A DNA stretch of 63,558 nt, counting the filler, from Phoronis australis (Eukaryota > Animalia > Phoronida), in NCBI GenBank assembly GCA_002633005.1. It is 9 parts of 9 records of this genome, joined end to end, with 100 filler letters (N's around TTAATTAATTAA, not from the genome) between each part and the next. Parts side by side here need not be neighbours in the genome. Positions count along the whole stretch, not along the records: positions 51,915 to 61,404 come from NMRA01001817.1; positions 61,505 to 63,558 come from NMRA01002113.1; 7 more parts are not named here. The stretch is one strand, 5' to 3'. A program made the position numbers and the translations under genes. The notes below the pieces were generated by a model. It was not told where the DNA came from. It saw only the letters and a program-made list of their open reading frames with translations, and did not search any database. Position 1 is the first letter of the stretch, and every line of letters starts with the position of its first letter. Below are positions 60,461 through 63,558 of this stretch, piece by piece.

Positions 60461-61404
60461 CCATTGTCAGTGGCGGATCTCGGATACCATAAGGGGGGGC
60501 AACATGTTGTCTCGTGGAATCGGGGAAAGCGCGATTGTATCTGCAGCACAGGCCCAGAGGTGCGGTAGTCGGGTATGTGAACCTTCTTTTCGTAAAATCT
60601 GCCGGTGGACTATAAAACAAAAAAAGGGAACGCCACGGGACCCCCCTCTTCGCGTCTCGCGCTTCACGCTCTTGCTGTTNAGGGGGCGGTGGGCCCCCTG
60701 CCCCCCCTAAATCCGCCTTAGAATTTCTAAGATGATTTTGAAAATTGGCGTATGTGAAGAGTACAGTTGACGACGACTACTGTGGCGCCTCTTAGTGCTG
60801 GTTTTGTTTTGTTTTGTTTTGCGCCCTTAGCTGCATCTTCTTAACCCACTGCAGGGTCGTTTTTAAATTTAGTAATCGTATTTATATAAAGCTAACAACA
60901 GACGACGTCGTCTTTCAGGTGGATCCAACGAACGCTGTGCTCCATGGTGGCAATTTCATTTTTTTCCTTTTTTCTTCGTTTCTCTGAAGTTCCTTACCAG
61001 ATTTTTATCAAATTTGGTACAAAGCTTTCTATTAAAGAAGCAATGGCATGTTACCGTTTTCAGTTGGATTGAACGTTTTGCGCCATCTAGTGGCCATTTT
61101 TATGAAACACAAAACAACCCTAGAAGCACACCGTTTGAGGTGCATTCGTGGGCGCATTTCAACGCTCCGCGTTGCTTTTGTTATGAAATTTGGCAAATAG
61201 CTTTCTATTAAAGAAACAATGACAAGTTCCCGTTTTTTGGATGGATTCGACGTATGTTGTGTCATCTTGTGGCCATTTTTACTGTTTTCTAAATAAATTT
61301 GTTTTGGCGTCCGATCCTCTATCAACCAAACCACTCTAAGGATAATTTTGAAAATTGCCGTGCATGTTTCTGCTATGTAGAGGACGGCTGATGATGATTT
61401 TTGG
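60070..61404 (+). mobile_element. Further HINE-family copy interrupted by a MITE
   Basis: TTTATATGTGGACGCAT plus a GTCC tract at ~60070, the same subrepeats as 56400-58000, and the 3' motif GTGGGCGCATTTCAACGCTCCGCGTTG at ~61148-61174. Confidence 0.6.
60468..60720 (+). mobile_element. CAGTGGCGGAT-family MITE nested in the HINE
   Basis: Begins CAGTGGCGGATC and ends CCCCCCCTAAATCCGCCTTA (inverted GGCGGAT/ATCCGCC). It splits the host motif AAACCATT|CTAAG. Confidence 0.7.
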
Positions 61405-61644
61405 NNNNNNNNNNNNNNNNNNNNNNNNNNNNNNNNNNNNNNNNNNNNTTAATTAATTAANNNNNNNNNNNNNNNNNNNNNNNNNNNNNNNNNNNNNNNN
61501 NNNNGATCGATGAAGAACGGCAGGCAGCATGTTATACATGTATCTGCTTGGCAAATATTAATAAAGGTTGGCATAGGTCTCATAGCTACGCAATATCCTG
61601 TAACTTGTCCAAATCAAATTCGTGCACGGAGATAATATTCTGGG

Positions 61645-62379
61645 CAAAAAGTCAATAAACAAATTTATACCCACTTAATACGAAAACTGTATAAAAACCC
61701 AACTTTGAGGAATATTGGGAAAAACAGTTGAATACCGTAATTCCCCGTGAGTGGTGGAGAAAAGCTTATTCTTATTCTATTAACTTTTCTTGTGATGTCA
61801 AGCTTAAATGGTTTCAAATAAGTTTAACTCACAGACTACTTGGAACCAATGAGTTTTTGAGTAAGATTGATGTTAGAAATTCAGATTGTTGTACTTCTTG
61901 TAATTCTCATTTTGAAGATCTTTTTCATTTGTATTGGTCTTGTTTACGTGTCCAAAGTTTTTGGAAAACTGTTGAAAACTGGATAAAAAATATCTGCGGA
62001 ATTGATATGAAACTTGATCATTTTGACGTAATTTTTGGCTCCTTTAATGGACCAAAAATCATAAATCTACTTTTATATTTAGGCAAGTACCACATACACA
62101 AGCAAAGACTTCAGAATGTAGAACCATGTTTTGCACTTTTTAAACATTTTGTTTTTGATTACTACAAAGTAGAAAAGGTTATGTACTATAACCAGTACAG
62201 GTATCACGACTTCGAGGAACGATGGGCCCCTCTAGCACCTTTATTTTAATTTATACTACATTCAACCAATGGCCCCCCTGTGTATGAATGTAAGCGCGAC
62301 TGTGCGCGCGAATGTTTATACTGTTTAGCTTTATTGTATTTGCATTACGATAACAATAAAACTTTTTGACAAAAAACAA
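61645..62379 (+). mobile_element. 5'-truncated L1/Tx1-type LINE (zinc-binding C-terminus of ORF2 at 61728-62249, 3' UTR and A-rich tail)
   Basis: KLKWFQ..LTHRLLGTNEFL.KI...SDCCTSC...EDLFHLYWSC..VQSFW is the zf-RVT motif. AATAAA lies at ~62355 before an A-rich tail, and an 11-bp target-site duplication AATATTCTGGG is at 61634-61644 and 62380-62390. Confidence 0.88.
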
Positions 62380-63244
62380 AATATTCTGGGTGATATCGTG
62401 CATGGTGTCAATAAGGACGCAGTTGGTCATGATCCCGTGGACGCATCCAATCGAAGTTGAGCCTTAAATCAGCGATGATGTGCTGCAGGGACGTTCTGAT
62501 TTTGTTTTACAGCCACTCGTAACTTAAGAGAACCAAAGTCTTTAATTATTCCAACCAAACTGAGAGAAAGGGGTAACTCGTTGTATTTCTGTCATGCTTG
62601 GCGTCGCACCTTGAAGACCGGAAGGTGAGTGGTTAGGATGGACCTCATAGCTACATTGTTGGCGATATCCTGTTACTTGTCCAAGTCATATTCGTGCACG
62701 GATATGATATCCTGGGCGATGTCGTGCAAGGTGTCAATAAGGACGTAACAGGTCACTGTCCCGTCGACTCATCCAATCTGAGTTGAGCCTAAAGTCAGTG
62801 ATAGTGTTCTGCAGGGACAATATTTCGATTTTGTTGTACAAGCTCTCGTATCTAAAGAGAACCATGGTGTGTAATTCAACCAATGGACCTGAGAGAAAGG
62901 TATCTCGGTTATGCTTCGTTGCGTCAATTGATGACTGGAAATAAATGGTTGGGATGGCAACAGCAGTACAGCGTTACTTTGAGAATTGCTGAGTTCCAAT
63001 AGTGACATTCTAAACTGATCGATGAAAAAACAACACGCAGCTTGTTATTGGAGACAAATAAAACAACAAGAATAATGTATATTTTAAGTTGTATTGGGAA
63101 TTTCAGGGTCACAGCTCTACAAATAAATATTTCACAGAAGGAACCAGATGGGTTCCTTAATTACAAGAGATAACACACACATTTCCGATACCCAAAGTAC
63201 AATTGAGTATCGGATGCTAAGTGGCACAGGTTAGCATAGTAGGC

Positions 63245-63410
63245 CTACCAAATGGGTACATAATACCAAATGGGTATTGGCCAATTGCCTACCAACTGGG
63301 TCGAGCAAAACGGCAAATTCAATAACAAGTACCAAGTGGGTACAAACTGCCAAATGGGCAAATATTATATAAAGTACCAAGTGGGTACACCAAACAGCCA
63401 ACTGGGCTAT
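63245..63410. repeat. Cluster of about seven short quasi-palindromic CCAA(A/G/C)TGGG motifs
   Basis: TACCAAATGGGTA, TACCAAGTGGGTA, GCCAAATGGGC and GCCAACTGGGC at irregular spacing. Confidence 0.6.
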
Positions 63411-63558
63411 AACAGCCTGCAAAGCAGGGTTCCGGACAAGCTGAATGAGCAGACCAGCCGGAGTGATAAAAAGAGATATTGTAAGGAACGTGGTGTTGTG
63501 GCTCAGTATGTGCCACATGGGCAGGGTTGTTCATGGATGAACAATCCTGTCCACCGCC

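Overview
Eukaryotic, AT-rich, intron-containing animal DNA; the gene and repeat content suggests a marine invertebrate, probably a lophotrochozoan. It is not one contiguous locus. Eight identical 100-bp spacers (44 N + TTAATTAATTAA + 44 N) join nine pieces, and several single Ns join near-identical overlapping copies that are most likely uncollapsed haplotypes. Genes reconstructed by hand from splice sites and translation: most of RBM26/27 (+, 1205-15342); exon 1 of a WHEP-domain histidyl-tRNA synthetase (23409-23504); an intronless secreted PAN/apple + six-bladed tectonin lectin (25073-26520); seven internal exons of focadhesin (-, 30215-39002); two exons of an FBXL6-like gene; and a secreted cystine-knot precursor resembling trunk/PTTH/noggin (55445-56008), which is the most interesting gene here. 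Mobile DNA includes an apparently intact 2.6-kb piggyBac, a deleted Kolobok (THAP transposase plus convergent P2X7-like KolX), a 5'-truncated L1/Tx1 LINE with its target-site duplication, Helentron-type non-autonomous elements, several MITEs and a ~520-bp foldback. All family assignments come from recalled motifs; no database searches were run.
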